This document shows, in pieces, positions 25,909 through 33,014 of a stretch of 40,000 nucleotides of DNA; position 1 is the first letter of the stretch, and every line of letters starts with the position of its first letter. A model generated the notes under the pieces. It ran no database searches. It worked only from the letters and a program-made list of their open reading frames with translations, and was not told where the DNA came from. This stretch comes from Streptosporangium carneum (GTDB lineage: Bacteria > Actinomycetota > Actinomycetes > Streptosporangiales > Streptosporangiaceae). A program made the position numbers and the translations under genes. The stretch spans positions 280,704 through 320,703 of the forward strand of contig NZ_BSEV01000008.1 in the NCBI RefSeq assembly GCF_027922005.1, written 5' to 3'.

Positions 25909-27342
25909 GTGAGCATCACCGAGACGCCGACCGCCGCCCAGCTGCGCTCCGTCGTCGACTGTCCGGTCATCCTGCCCGGCGACAAGGGATACGACGTGGC
26001 CCGGCACGTGTGGAACGCCGACATCGACCGGCGTCCGGCGGCGATCGTGCGCTGCCGCGACGCCCAGGACGTGTCGCGGGCGCTGACCTGGTGCCTGGAC
26101 CACGACCTGGAGATCACCGTGCGCGGCGGCGGCCACAACCTCGCCGGGACCTCGGTCGACGACGGCGCGGTGCTGCTGGACACCGGCGGCATGCGGGACG
26201 TCGTGTTCGACCGCGAGGCCGGGACTGTGCGGGTCGGCGCGGGCTGCAGGCTGGGCAACCTGGACCGGGCCTGTGCCGACGAGGGCGTCGTCGTGCCCGC
26301 GGGCACGGTCTCGCACACCGGTGTCGCCGGGCTCACCCTGGGCGGCGGCAACGGCTACCTGTCCCGCATGTACGGCCTGACCGTGGACCACCTGCTCTCG
26401 GTCGAGCTGGTGCTGGCCGACGGACGGATCATCACCGCCTCGGCCGACGAGCACCCCGACCTCTTCTGGGCGCTGCGCGGCGCGGGCCACAACTTCGGCG
26501 TCGCGATCTCCTTCACCTTCAGGTACCTGCCGTTCACCCGGCTCGCCAACGTCCGTCAGGCGTTCTTCGCCACCGACGACCGGCGCGAGGTGCTGCGCTT
26601 CTTCCGCGACTGGGCCTACGACGCGCCCGACAACGTGGTGACCTACGCCCGCACCGTCGAGGTGCCCGAATACTGGACCCTGGTGCCCACCGCGCACCGC
26701 GGCACCCAGATCGTCAGCGTCGCCACCGTCCAGTGGGGCGACGACGAGCCCGAGGTCACCCAGCCGATGTTCGCCCAGGCCACCCCGGTCTGGGAGACCT
26801 CCTACACCGTGCCGCACATGGAGCTCCAGCGGGCCTGCGACGACGACTTCCGCTACGGCGTCCGCCGCTACTGGCGCAACGGCAACCTGCGGGACTTCCC
26901 CGACGAGGCCATCGACACCGTGCTCCACTGGTCCGACCGCTACCCCGGCAGGCCGCTGCAGGCGGGCTCCACCATCGCCCCGCACTTCGCGTGCCCGTTC
27001 CAGCTCTTCCCGCGCGGCGGCCAGGCGGCCCGCGTCGACCCGTGGGACACCGCGGTCGGCGACCGCGTCGAGGCCCGCTGGATGTCCAGCGCCGGAGCCG
27101 AGTGGGAGTTCCCCTCCGAGGCCCCCGAGCTGATCGAATGGACCCGCGCCTTCGACGCCGACATGGACAGGTTCAAGGCCGGCTCCTACGTCAACTTCAC
27201 CACCGAGATCGTCAACGCGATGGAGGCGCGCGACATCTACGGCGAGAAGTACGACCGGCTCGTCAAGGTGAAGCGGGTCTACGACCCGGCGAACGTCTTC
27301 AGGCGCGGGCTGGTGGACCTGTCGGGTGGGACCGATGCCTGA
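25909..27342 (+). CDS. FAD-linked oxidase (VAO/PCMH fold, FAD_binding_4 plus BBE-like C-terminus)
   Basis: ITVRGGGHNLAG (candidate His for covalent FAD), GGGNGYLSRMYGLTVDHLLSVELVLADGRIITAS, and C-terminal YDPANVFRRG (BBE-like). GTG 25909 is preferred over 25894 because GAAAGGA lies 6 nt upstream. Confidence 0.9.
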   Translation: MSITETPTAAQLRSVVDCPVILPGDKGYDVARHVWNADIDRRPAAIVRCRDAQDVSRALTWCLDHDLEITVRGGGHNLAGTSVDDGAVLLDTGGMRDVVFDREAGTVRVGAGCRLGNLDRACADEGVVVPAGTVSHTGVAGLTLGGGNGYLSRMYGLTVDHLLSVELVLADGRIITASADEHPDLFWALRGAGHNFGVAISFTFRYLPFTRLANVRQAFFATDDRREVLRFFRDWAYDAPDNVVTYARTVEVPEYWTLVPTAHRGTQIVSVATVQWGDDEPEVTQPMFAQATPVWETSYTVPHMELQRACDDDFRYGVRRYWRNGNLRDFPDEAIDTVLHWSDRYPGRPLQAGSTIAPHFACPFQLFPRGGQAARVDPWDTAVGDRVEARWMSSAGAEWEFPSEAPELIEWTRAFDADMDRFKAGSYVNFTTEIVNAMEARDIYGEKYDRLVKVKRVYDPANVFRRGLVDLSGGTDA

Positions 27343-28516
27343 GGCTTTCACACCCGGGGCTTTCACACCCGGGGCTTTCACACCCGGGGCTTTGACGCGT
27401 GAGGCTTCGGCGCGTGAGGCGACTTCGGAGCATGAGACGGCCGCGCGTGAGACGGCTCCGGCGCGTGAGGTGCGGGTCGGCACCGACAGCAGCAAGTTCC
27501 CCGGCGCTCCGGAGAACGGCGCGGAGTGGACGCTGCGCGAGGTTCACCGGCTCGGCCTTGAGGGCGTGTTCTTCCGTTCGGTCCTGGAGCTGAGCCCCAC
27601 CCTGGACCCCGGCGAGCTACGGGCCGTGGTCCAGCTCGCCGAGGACCTCGGCCTGTACGTCGAGGTCGGCACCGCCAAGGTCAACCCGTTCGCCGCGCCC
27701 GAGGCCCCCGAGGTGCGGGAACTCGGCGGCGGCGACTACCTTCGCGGCCTGGAGAGGCTCGTCGTCGCCTGCGCGGAGGCGGGGGTGCGCGAGCTGTGGA
27801 GCGCCACCGCCAACTACAAGTTCGGCATCCCCGGGCGACTCGGCTGCGACCGGTTCCGCACCGACGTCACCTGGCCGGAGCAACTGGAGGCGACCGGCAA
27901 GGTGCTGGCCGGACTGGGGCCGCTGCTGCGCGACCTGGGCTGTCATCTCAACCTCGAGACCCACGAGGAGATCACCACCTTCGAGCTGGTGCGCCTGGTC
28001 GAGGAGGCGGGGCCCGACGCGTTCGGGATCACCTTCGACACCGCCAACGTGCTGCTGCGCTGCGAGGACCCGGTGGCGGCGGCTCATCGCGTCGCCCCCT
28101 ACGTACGGCAGAGCCACGTGCGCGACGCGGCGCTGTTCCTGACCGAGGACGGCGTCCGGCGCTTCCTCGCGCCGTGCGGCCGGGGCGTCATCGACTGGCC
28201 CGCGCTGCTGCGGCCGCTGCTGGCGCACGCGCCCCGGCTGACGTTGTCCATCGAGGGCGTCATGGGGCGGCGGTTCCCGCTGCCGGTGTCCATCTACGAC
28301 CCCGAGTGGCACGGGGGGCACCCGGACCTGACCACGGTGGAGCTGGCCGAGATCGTCCGGCTGGCCGACGGCTACCGGCGCAGGGCCGAACGGGGTGAGG
28401 TTCCCGACAGGGAGACGCTCTCCCAGCCGGTTCCGGTGTCCGAACGGCTGGCTTTCGTCACCGAGAGCGCCGCCCACCTGCGCGCCGTACTGGTCGACCT
28501 GGCCCGTCCCGCCTGA
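27335..28516 (+). CDS. Sugar-phosphate isomerase/epimerase-type TIM-barrel protein, paralog 2, with possible repeat-encoded N-terminal extension
   Basis: The core aligns end to end with paralog 1 (NLETHEEITTFELVRLVEEAGPDAFGITFDTANV). Homology starts near VRVGTDSS (GTG 27470). ATG 27335 overlaps the oxidase stop (ATGCCTGA), and repeat periods divisible by 3 favour the long form. The start remains uncertain. Confidence 0.8.
   Translation: MPEAFTPGAFTPGAFTPGALTREASAREATSEHETAARETAPAREVRVGTDSSKFPGAPENGAEWTLREVHRLGLEGVFFRSVLELSPTLDPGELRAVVQLAEDLGLYVEVGTAKVNPFAAPEAPEVRELGGGDYLRGLERLVVACAEAGVRELWSATANYKFGIPGRLGCDRFRTDVTWPEQLEATGKVLAGLGPLLRDLGCHLNLETHEEITTFELVRLVEEAGPDAFGITFDTANVLLRCEDPVAAAHRVAPYVRQSHVRDAALFLTEDGVRRFLAPCGRGVIDWPALLRPLLAHAPRLTLSIEGVMGRRFPLPVSIYDPEWHGGHPDLTTVELAEIVRLADGYRRRAERGEVPDRETLSQPVPVSERLAFVTESAAHLRAVLVDLARPA
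27343..27469 (+). repeat. 15-bp tandem repeat (ggctttcacacccgg x3 perfect plus 1 degenerate), then five G(C/A)(G/T)TGAG-type motifs spaced 15/18 nt
   Basis: Units at 27343, 27358, 27373 and 27388. GCGTGAG/GCATGAG occurs at 27397, 27412, 27430, 27445 and 27463. All spacings are multiples of 3. The array would encode EAFTP-GAFTP-GAFTP-GALTREASAREATSEHETAARETAPARE if translated. Confidence 0.9.
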
Positions 28517-28595
28517 GGAGCCGGTGTTCTTGCGGATCGCCCGTCCGCGATGAACGCCCGCGTCGTTCGGGAGCGCGCTTCACCGGCTCATGTCA

Positions 28596-29148
28596 TCACG
28601 GCGTGTCGCCGGTGCGGCCGGTGCGGTCGATCTCGTCGACAAAGGCGAGGACCCGGGCGTTGACGCGCTCGGGGAACTCGCCGTTGATGGCGTGGGAGGC
28701 GTCCGGCCACAGTTCGACGACGCCACGGGCGAGCAGGCGGCGGGCGCGCAGGGTGGCCTTGCGCGGATCGTGGATGATGCTGCGCCCGGCGATCAGGGCG
28801 AGCACCGGCACGTCGACTCCGGCCACCTGGTCGTCCGTGGGGTACGTCGGTGGCGGCAGGAAGGTGGCGAAGTCTCGCATCCCTGCCGATATCAGGTTGG
28901 CGACGGGTTCGTCGTCGGAGGCGTCGGCTCCGCCGGAGATCCAGCTCAGCAGCCCTCGGCGCCACGACTCGGGGAAGAACGGCACCACCGAGCCCAGCGA
29001 GAAGACGACGACCTTCCAGGTGATCCGGCCGAAAAGGCCGGCGGGGTCGAGCAGGCTCACCGAGGCGATCTTCTCCGGGGCGTGCAGGGCGAGGTGAAAA
29101 GCGTTCCACCCGCCGATGGACACTCCGACGAGGTGCACTCGGTCGTGG
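28596..29148 (-). pseudogene. Alpha/beta hydrolase remnant lacking its N-terminal ~third
   Basis: Hydrolase-like sequence begins abruptly at DRVHLVGVSIGGWNAFHLA (nucleophile elbow) and runs to the stop. There is no HG oxyanion region. The in-frame upstream part of the track ORF is Ala/Ser/Arg-rich antisense of the TetR fragment. Confidence 0.7.
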
Positions 29149-29481
29149 CGCATCGGGCAGGTCGCACAGGAGGCCGGCGTCTCCAAGGGGCTCGTGCAGC
29201 ACTGTTTCGCGGCGAAGGCCGACCTGCTGCGCGCGAGCGCACACCTGCTCAGGCAGGAGATCGAACGCCACGTTCGCGCGGCGCTGCGGGACGCCGACGG
29301 CCCGGCCGACACGCTGCGGCGCGCGCTGCTCGCCGTCGTCGAGTTGGGTGCGCGCGCTCCCGTGCTCCTGCTCGCGCGCGGCCTGGCCGACGGCGTGCTG
29401 GTCGGGGAACCGGGCGTCACGGAGGCGGCCGCGCTCCTCGACCACCAGCTCGGCCGGATCGGCCTGCCGGCGTTCTCTTAG
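29149..29481 (+). pseudogene. TetR-family regulator remnant lacking the start of its HTH domain
   Basis: RIGQVAQEAGVSKGLVQHCFAAKADLL is the second and third helix of a TetR HTH. The ~20-25 residues normally preceding it are missing, because that DNA encodes the hydrolase remnant on the other strand. The C-terminal domain is also short (~85 aa). Confidence 0.65.
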
Positions 29482-29500
29482 ACCGCTCACCCCGCCTGGG

Positions 29501-29953
29501 TCACACGGCCGCGCCGGGGCCTGGCAGCAGGTCGACGTCACCCGCGTGCATCGGCCGGCCGCAGTGGGCGCAGCGCAGGTCGACACCGCTGATCTCACCG
29601 CACGCGTGATGGCGGTAGAGCACCGGCGGGCCGGCCTCGCCCGCGAGCCACCTGTCCCCCCAGCCGGCCATGACCATGAGCAGGTCGACGAGCTCGGCGC
29701 CCTTCTGTGTCAGGTGGTACTCGTGGCGCGGCCGCTGGTCGTAGGGGCGGCGTTCGAGCACGCCGTGGTCGACGAGGTGGTTCAGCCGCTCGGTCAGCAC
29801 CTTGCGCGAGATCCCGAGGTCGGCCTGGAGCTGGTCGAACCGTCTCACCCCGGCCCACACGTCACGCAGGATCAGCGGCGACCACGGCTCCCCGATCACG
29901 TCGAGGGTGCGCGCGATGGAGCAGGCCAGCTTCCCGAAGTCCGTGCGTTGCAT
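29501..29953 (-). CDS. HxlR-family transcriptional regulator with Cys/His-rich C-terminal tail
   Basis: CSIARTLDVIGEPWSPLILRDVWAGVRRFDQLQADLGISRKVLTERLNHLVDHGVLERRPY...EYHLTQKG is a typical HxlR winged helix. There is an extra C-terminal tail YRHHACGEISGVDLRCAHCGRPMH. Confidence 0.9.
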   Translation of the reverse strand: MQRTDFGKLACSIARTLDVIGEPWSPLILRDVWAGVRRFDQLQADLGISRKVLTERLNHLVDHGVLERRPYDQRPRHEYHLTQKGAELVDLLMVMAGWGDRWLAGEAGPPVLYRHHACGEISGVDLRCAHCGRPMHAGDVDLLPGPGAAV

Positions 29954-29972
29954 GGAAGGAGTCTAGCAATTT

Positions 29973-29991
29973 GAGTTCCCTCAGGGAACTC
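29973..29991. promoter_or_regulatory. Perfect inverted repeat GAGTTCCCT-C-AGGGAACTC, candidate HxlR operator
   Basis: Two 9-bp arms with a 1-nt spacer, located 20 nt upstream of the HxlR start and 54 nt upstream of the DHFR-like gene. A related half-site AGGAACTTC follows at about 30020. Confidence 0.55.
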
Positions 29992-30044
29992 CGAATGCTA
30001 CGGTCATGGAGTCTCTTGAAGGAACTTCGGGAAGGAGCACGGAG

Positions 30045-30638
30045 ATGGGCAAGGTCTTCAGCGCCCACGCGGTGTCGGTCGACGGGTACATCACCGGTCG
30101 CGGTCCCGGCACCGGGCGCGGACTCGGCGACGGGACGACGCTCTTCGACTGGTACGCCGACGGCGACACGCCCAGCCGGGTCTTCGACGGATTCAGACTG
30201 AGCGAGCCCAGCGCCCGGGTCTTCGACGCCCTCGCCGGACGCGTGGGCGCGGTCGTGGCGGGACGCAACACCTACGAGGACTCCGACCACTTCGGAGGCG
30301 GCAGCCCCCACCCGACGGCCCGGCTGTTCGTCCTCAGCCGTCGGCCGGCGCCAGAGATGACCGAGCGGCAGACCCTCGTCACCACCGGCGTCGAGGACGC
30401 GGTCGCGGCGGCCCGCGAGGCCGCCGGCGACCTCGACGTCGGTCTCATGGGCGGCGGCGTCGTGACCGAGGCGTTGAAGGCGGGGCTCGTCGACGAGGTG
30501 ATCCTCCACCAGGTGCCCGTCCTGCTCGGCGGCGGCCGTCCCTTCTTCCAGGCGCTCCCCGAGCACGTACGCCTCCGCCTCGTCGAAGCCGTCCCGGCGC
30601 CGGGCGTCACCCACCTGCGCTACGAGGTCGAGCGATGA
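30045..30638 (+). CDS. Dihydrofolate-reductase-family protein (RibD C-terminal domain type)
   Basis: MGKVFSAHAVSVDGYITG..., VAGRNTYE, LMGGGVVTEALKAGLVDEVILHQVPVLLGGGRPFF. GAAGGAG lies 7 nt upstream of ATG 30045. Confidence 0.85.
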   Translation: MGKVFSAHAVSVDGYITGRGPGTGRGLGDGTTLFDWYADGDTPSRVFDGFRLSEPSARVFDALAGRVGAVVAGRNTYEDSDHFGGGSPHPTARLFVLSRRPAPEMTERQTLVTTGVEDAVAAAREAAGDLDVGLMGGGVVTEALKAGLVDEVILHQVPVLLGGGRPFFQALPEHVRLRLVEAVPAPGVTHLRYEVER

Positions 30639-30799
30639 GCCTCGCCGTCGGCGGCCCCACGGCGACCGGCGCCCACGCCGCCCAGGCACCGCTCGACCCG
30701 GGCGGGGAGGCCTTCCTCATCCGGCGCGGCGGAAACGCACTCGCCGACCCCCGCCAGAAGCCCACCCGGCACCATCACGGAACCCGGACCAGGAGATGA
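30635..30799 (+). CDS. Candidate 54-codon bridging ORF (below the ORF-track length cutoff)
   Basis: The ATG overlaps the DHFR-like stop (ATGA 30635-30638) and its TGA overlaps the PPOX ATG (ATGA 30796-30799). Third-codon positions are almost all G/C. It encodes MSLAVGGPTATGAHAAQAPLDPGGEAFLIRRGGNALADPRQKPTRHHHGTRTRR. No family was recognised. Confidence 0.35.
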   Translation: MSLAVGGPTATGAHAAQAPLDPGGEAFLIRRGGNALADPRQKPTRHHHGTRTRR

Positions 30800-31182
30800 C
30801 CACGATGCTCGACCCCGACGTGCGCCGCGTGCTCGACGGCGCCTCGATCGCCCACCTCGCCAGCGTCCTCCCCGACGGCGCTCCCCACTCCGTCCCGGTC
30901 TGGATCGGCACGGACGGCGACCATGTCGTGATCCTCACCGGTCCGCACTCCCGCAAGGCCCGCAACCTGCGGCGCGACCCGCGGGTCGCGATCTCCCTGA
31001 CGCCGGCCGACAACCCGTTCCAGCCGGTCATCGTCCGCGGCAGGGTCGTCGAGTGGGTCGAGGGCGACGCCGCCTGGGAGATCGTCGACCGGATCTCGAC
31101 GAAGTACATCGGCGGCCCCTACTCACGTGACGAGGAACGGGTCGTCGCGCTCATCGAGCCCGATCGACAGAGCGTGGGTTGA
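30796..31182 (+). CDS. PPOX-class (pyridoxamine 5'-phosphate oxidase fold) probable F420-dependent protein
   Basis: VRRVLDGASIAHLASVLPDGAPHSVPVWIGTDGDHVVILTGPHSRKARNLRRDPRVAISL is typical of the family. The alternative start ATG 30805 has better spacing to AGGAG (30791-30795). Confidence 0.85.
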   Translation: MTTMLDPDVRRVLDGASIAHLASVLPDGAPHSVPVWIGTDGDHVVILTGPHSRKARNLRRDPRVAISLTPADNPFQPVIVRGRVVEWVEGDAAWEIVDRISTKYIGGPYSRDEERVVALIEPDRQSVG

Positions 31183-31553
31183 CGCCTCGCCGGGGCGTCG
31201 TCACCACTCGTGTCACGAGGCGCACGCGATCGCGTCGCCCCTGGTGAAAGCTCCGCCGGTCGAACCGGGGAAGACGCGGAAGGCCGATCCCGGCATCACC
31301 GGACGGTAGCGTCGAGTTCGGCCGGGTCTCGCCGGGTTCGGGAGTTAAACCGGTTGCTTCCGGCATGGGGGCTTGTTTGACTTGGCTCCGAGCAGACAAG
31401 GGGGGATGTTGATGGCCGTGGGCACCGAGGACGCCGTCGTGCGCCCTCGAGCGGGTCGACGTCCCCACCGGAGGCTCCGGCGGGGGTGATCCCGCGTGGG
31501 TTGCGACGGCACAGTCAGCCGACTCGTCACCCATTTCGTTTGGAGCTCCTCCA

Positions 31554-31907
31554 TTGCCACGCCATCGCGCCCGCATCGGTTCCTTCCGTTGCGTCAACTG
31601 CCGTCTCGACGTGCCCACCGACGCGCCGGGCACCGCACACCGCAACCACTGCCCCACCTGCCTGTGGTCCAGGCACCTGGACAACACTCCGGGCGACAGA
31701 GCCGCCGACTGCGCCTCAGGCATGGCGCCGATCGCCATCCACGCGCGTCAGGACGGCGAGTGGGCGATCATCCACCGCTGTACGGCGTGCGGCACGCTCA
31801 ACGCCAACCGCGTCGCCGGTGACGACAATCCGCTCACTCTGATGCGGCTGGCCGTCGCGCCACTGGCACGCCCGCCGTTCCCGCTGGACTACTTCGCCCA
31901 GCTCTGA
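31554..31907 (+). CDS. RNHCP-domain zinc-ribbon protein
   Basis: Contains the eponymous HRNHCPTCLWSRH motif plus CVNC and CTAC pairs. The TTG start has GGAG 8 nt upstream. Confidence 0.8.
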   Translation: MPRHRARIGSFRCVNCRLDVPTDAPGTAHRNHCPTCLWSRHLDNTPGDRAADCASGMAPIAIHARQDGEWAIIHRCTACGTLNANRVAGDDNPLTLMRLAVAPLARPPFPLDYFAQL

Positions 31908-31924
31908 GACGGCTTCCCCGAGTC

Positions 31925-31961
31925 CGCCGGGCGGTCGTGATCGCGGTGGAACCGCCCGGCG
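31925..31961. terminator. Candidate bidirectional terminator hairpin
   Basis: CGCCGGGCGG (31925-31934) pairs perfectly with CCGCCCGGCG (31952-31961), giving a 10-bp stem with a 17-nt loop. It sits between the convergent RNHCP and AraC genes. Confidence 0.4.
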
Positions 31962-31964
31962 TCT

Positions 31965-32942
31965 TCAGCGGAAGGAGCGGCGGTAGGCGGCCGGGGTGGT
32001 GCGCAGGGCGGTGTGGAAGCGGCGGCGGAGGTTGACCGCCGAGGAGAGGCCGACGCGGGTGGCGATGGTCTCGACGGGCAGGTCGGTCTCCTCCAGCAGG
32101 GCGCGGGTGGCGGCCAGGCGGCGTTCCAGCAGCCAGCGGGCGGGCGGGACGCCGAGCTGGTCGGCGAACTGCCGGGTGAGGGTGCGGGGGGAGACGCCCG
32201 AGTAGGCGGCCATGTCCTCGACGGTGACCTGGTCGGGCAGATGTGAGAGGAGCCATTCGAGCAGGGGGGCCAGGGAGTCCGGCATGGGGCCGGTGGTGGG
32301 GAGGGAAGGGTACTGGCGCTGGCAGCCCTCGCGGTGCGGACCGGCGGCGAGCTGGCGGCCGATGCGCATGGCGTGGGCCGCGCCGTACTCCTGGAGGACC
32401 TGGTGAAGGCAGAGGTCGAGGGTGGCCGCCGAGGCTCCGGCGGTGGCGACGTCACCGTGGTCGACGTAGATGACGGTGTCGTCGAGGATGACGCGGGGGT
32501 GACGGGCGGCGAGTTCGCCGGAGAGTTCCCAGTGGACGGAGGCGCGGCGGCCGTCCAGGAGGCCCAGGGCGGCGGGGACGAAGATCCCGGCGCAGACGGC
32601 GGCGATGCGGGCGCCCCGGGCGTGGGCTCGGGACACCGCCTGGAGTACGGCGGGCGAGGGGGTGAGGGTCCAGCTCCAGCCCGCGATGACCACGGTGTCG
32701 GCGTCGTCGAGGGCTTCGAGGCCGTTGTCCACCTGGATGGGGACGCCGAGGGTGGTGGGGAGGGAGCCGGGCTGTTCGGCGCACAGGTCGAAGCTGTAGT
32801 GCTGGGGGATGTCGGGGCCGTGGTAGCCGAAGACGGCTGAGGCGGAGGTGACCGGGTAGAGCTCCTGCTTCGGGGCGACCAGGGCGACCACGCGATGCGG
32901 GCCGGAGGGCGTCGGGGGCGTTTCCGGGCAGTGCAGGGTCAT
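31965..32942 (-). CDS. GlxA-type AraC-family regulator (DJ-1/PfpI-like N-domain plus AraC HTH)
   Basis: N-domain with AAVCAGIFVPAALGLLDGRRASVHW, and C-terminal dual HTH (VTVEDMAAYSGVSPRTLTRQFADQLGVPPARWLLERRLAATRALLEETDLPVETIATRVGLSS). Only the 3' third of track ORF 31965..34238 is real. Confidence 0.9.
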   Translation of the reverse strand: MTLHCPETPPTPSGPHRVVALVAPKQELYPVTSASAVFGYHGPDIPQHYSFDLCAEQPGSLPTTLGVPIQVDNGLEALDDADTVVIAGWSWTLTPSPAVLQAVSRAHARGARIAAVCAGIFVPAALGLLDGRRASVHWELSGELAARHPRVILDDTVIYVDHGDVATAGASAATLDLCLHQVLQEYGAAHAMRIGRQLAAGPHREGCQRQYPSLPTTGPMPDSLAPLLEWLLSHLPDQVTVEDMAAYSGVSPRTLTRQFADQLGVPPARWLLERRLAATRALLEETDLPVETIATRVGLSSAVNLRRRFHTALRTTPAAYRRSFR

Positions 32943-32954
32943 GGCGCAAATGTA

Positions 32955-32973
32955 CCCAATGATGTCATTTGGG
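32955..32973. promoter_or_regulatory. Imperfect inverted repeat CCCAATGA-TG-TCATTTGGG in the AraC/MFS divergent region
   Basis: Read directly. A related CCCAGAATTGGG lies at 32999-33010, and both carry CCCA...TGGG half-sites in AT-rich intergenic DNA. Confidence 0.4.
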
Positions 32974-33014
32974 ACACCGGCGCTCTGATCTGGAAAAACC
33001 CAGAATTGGGGCTC

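Noticed and set aside
24754-27495. 913-aa minus-strand ORF, the longest in the track
   Set aside because: It runs antisense to three well-supported plus-strand genes (TIM barrel, FAD oxidase, TIM barrel). It has the Arg/Gly/Ala/Pro-rich composition typical of antisense frames in GC-rich DNA, and no recognisable domain.
31236-31300. Cobalamin or other known riboswitch (GGTGAAAGCTCC resembles the GGTGAAAATCC segment of B12 elements)
   Set aside because: No B12 box (GCCACTG-type) was found, and the preceding GGGAA context is missing. I also found no match to the TPP, SAM, glycine, ZTP, ykkC or cyclic-di-AMP consensus cores I could recall. It is kept only as an unassigned structured leader.
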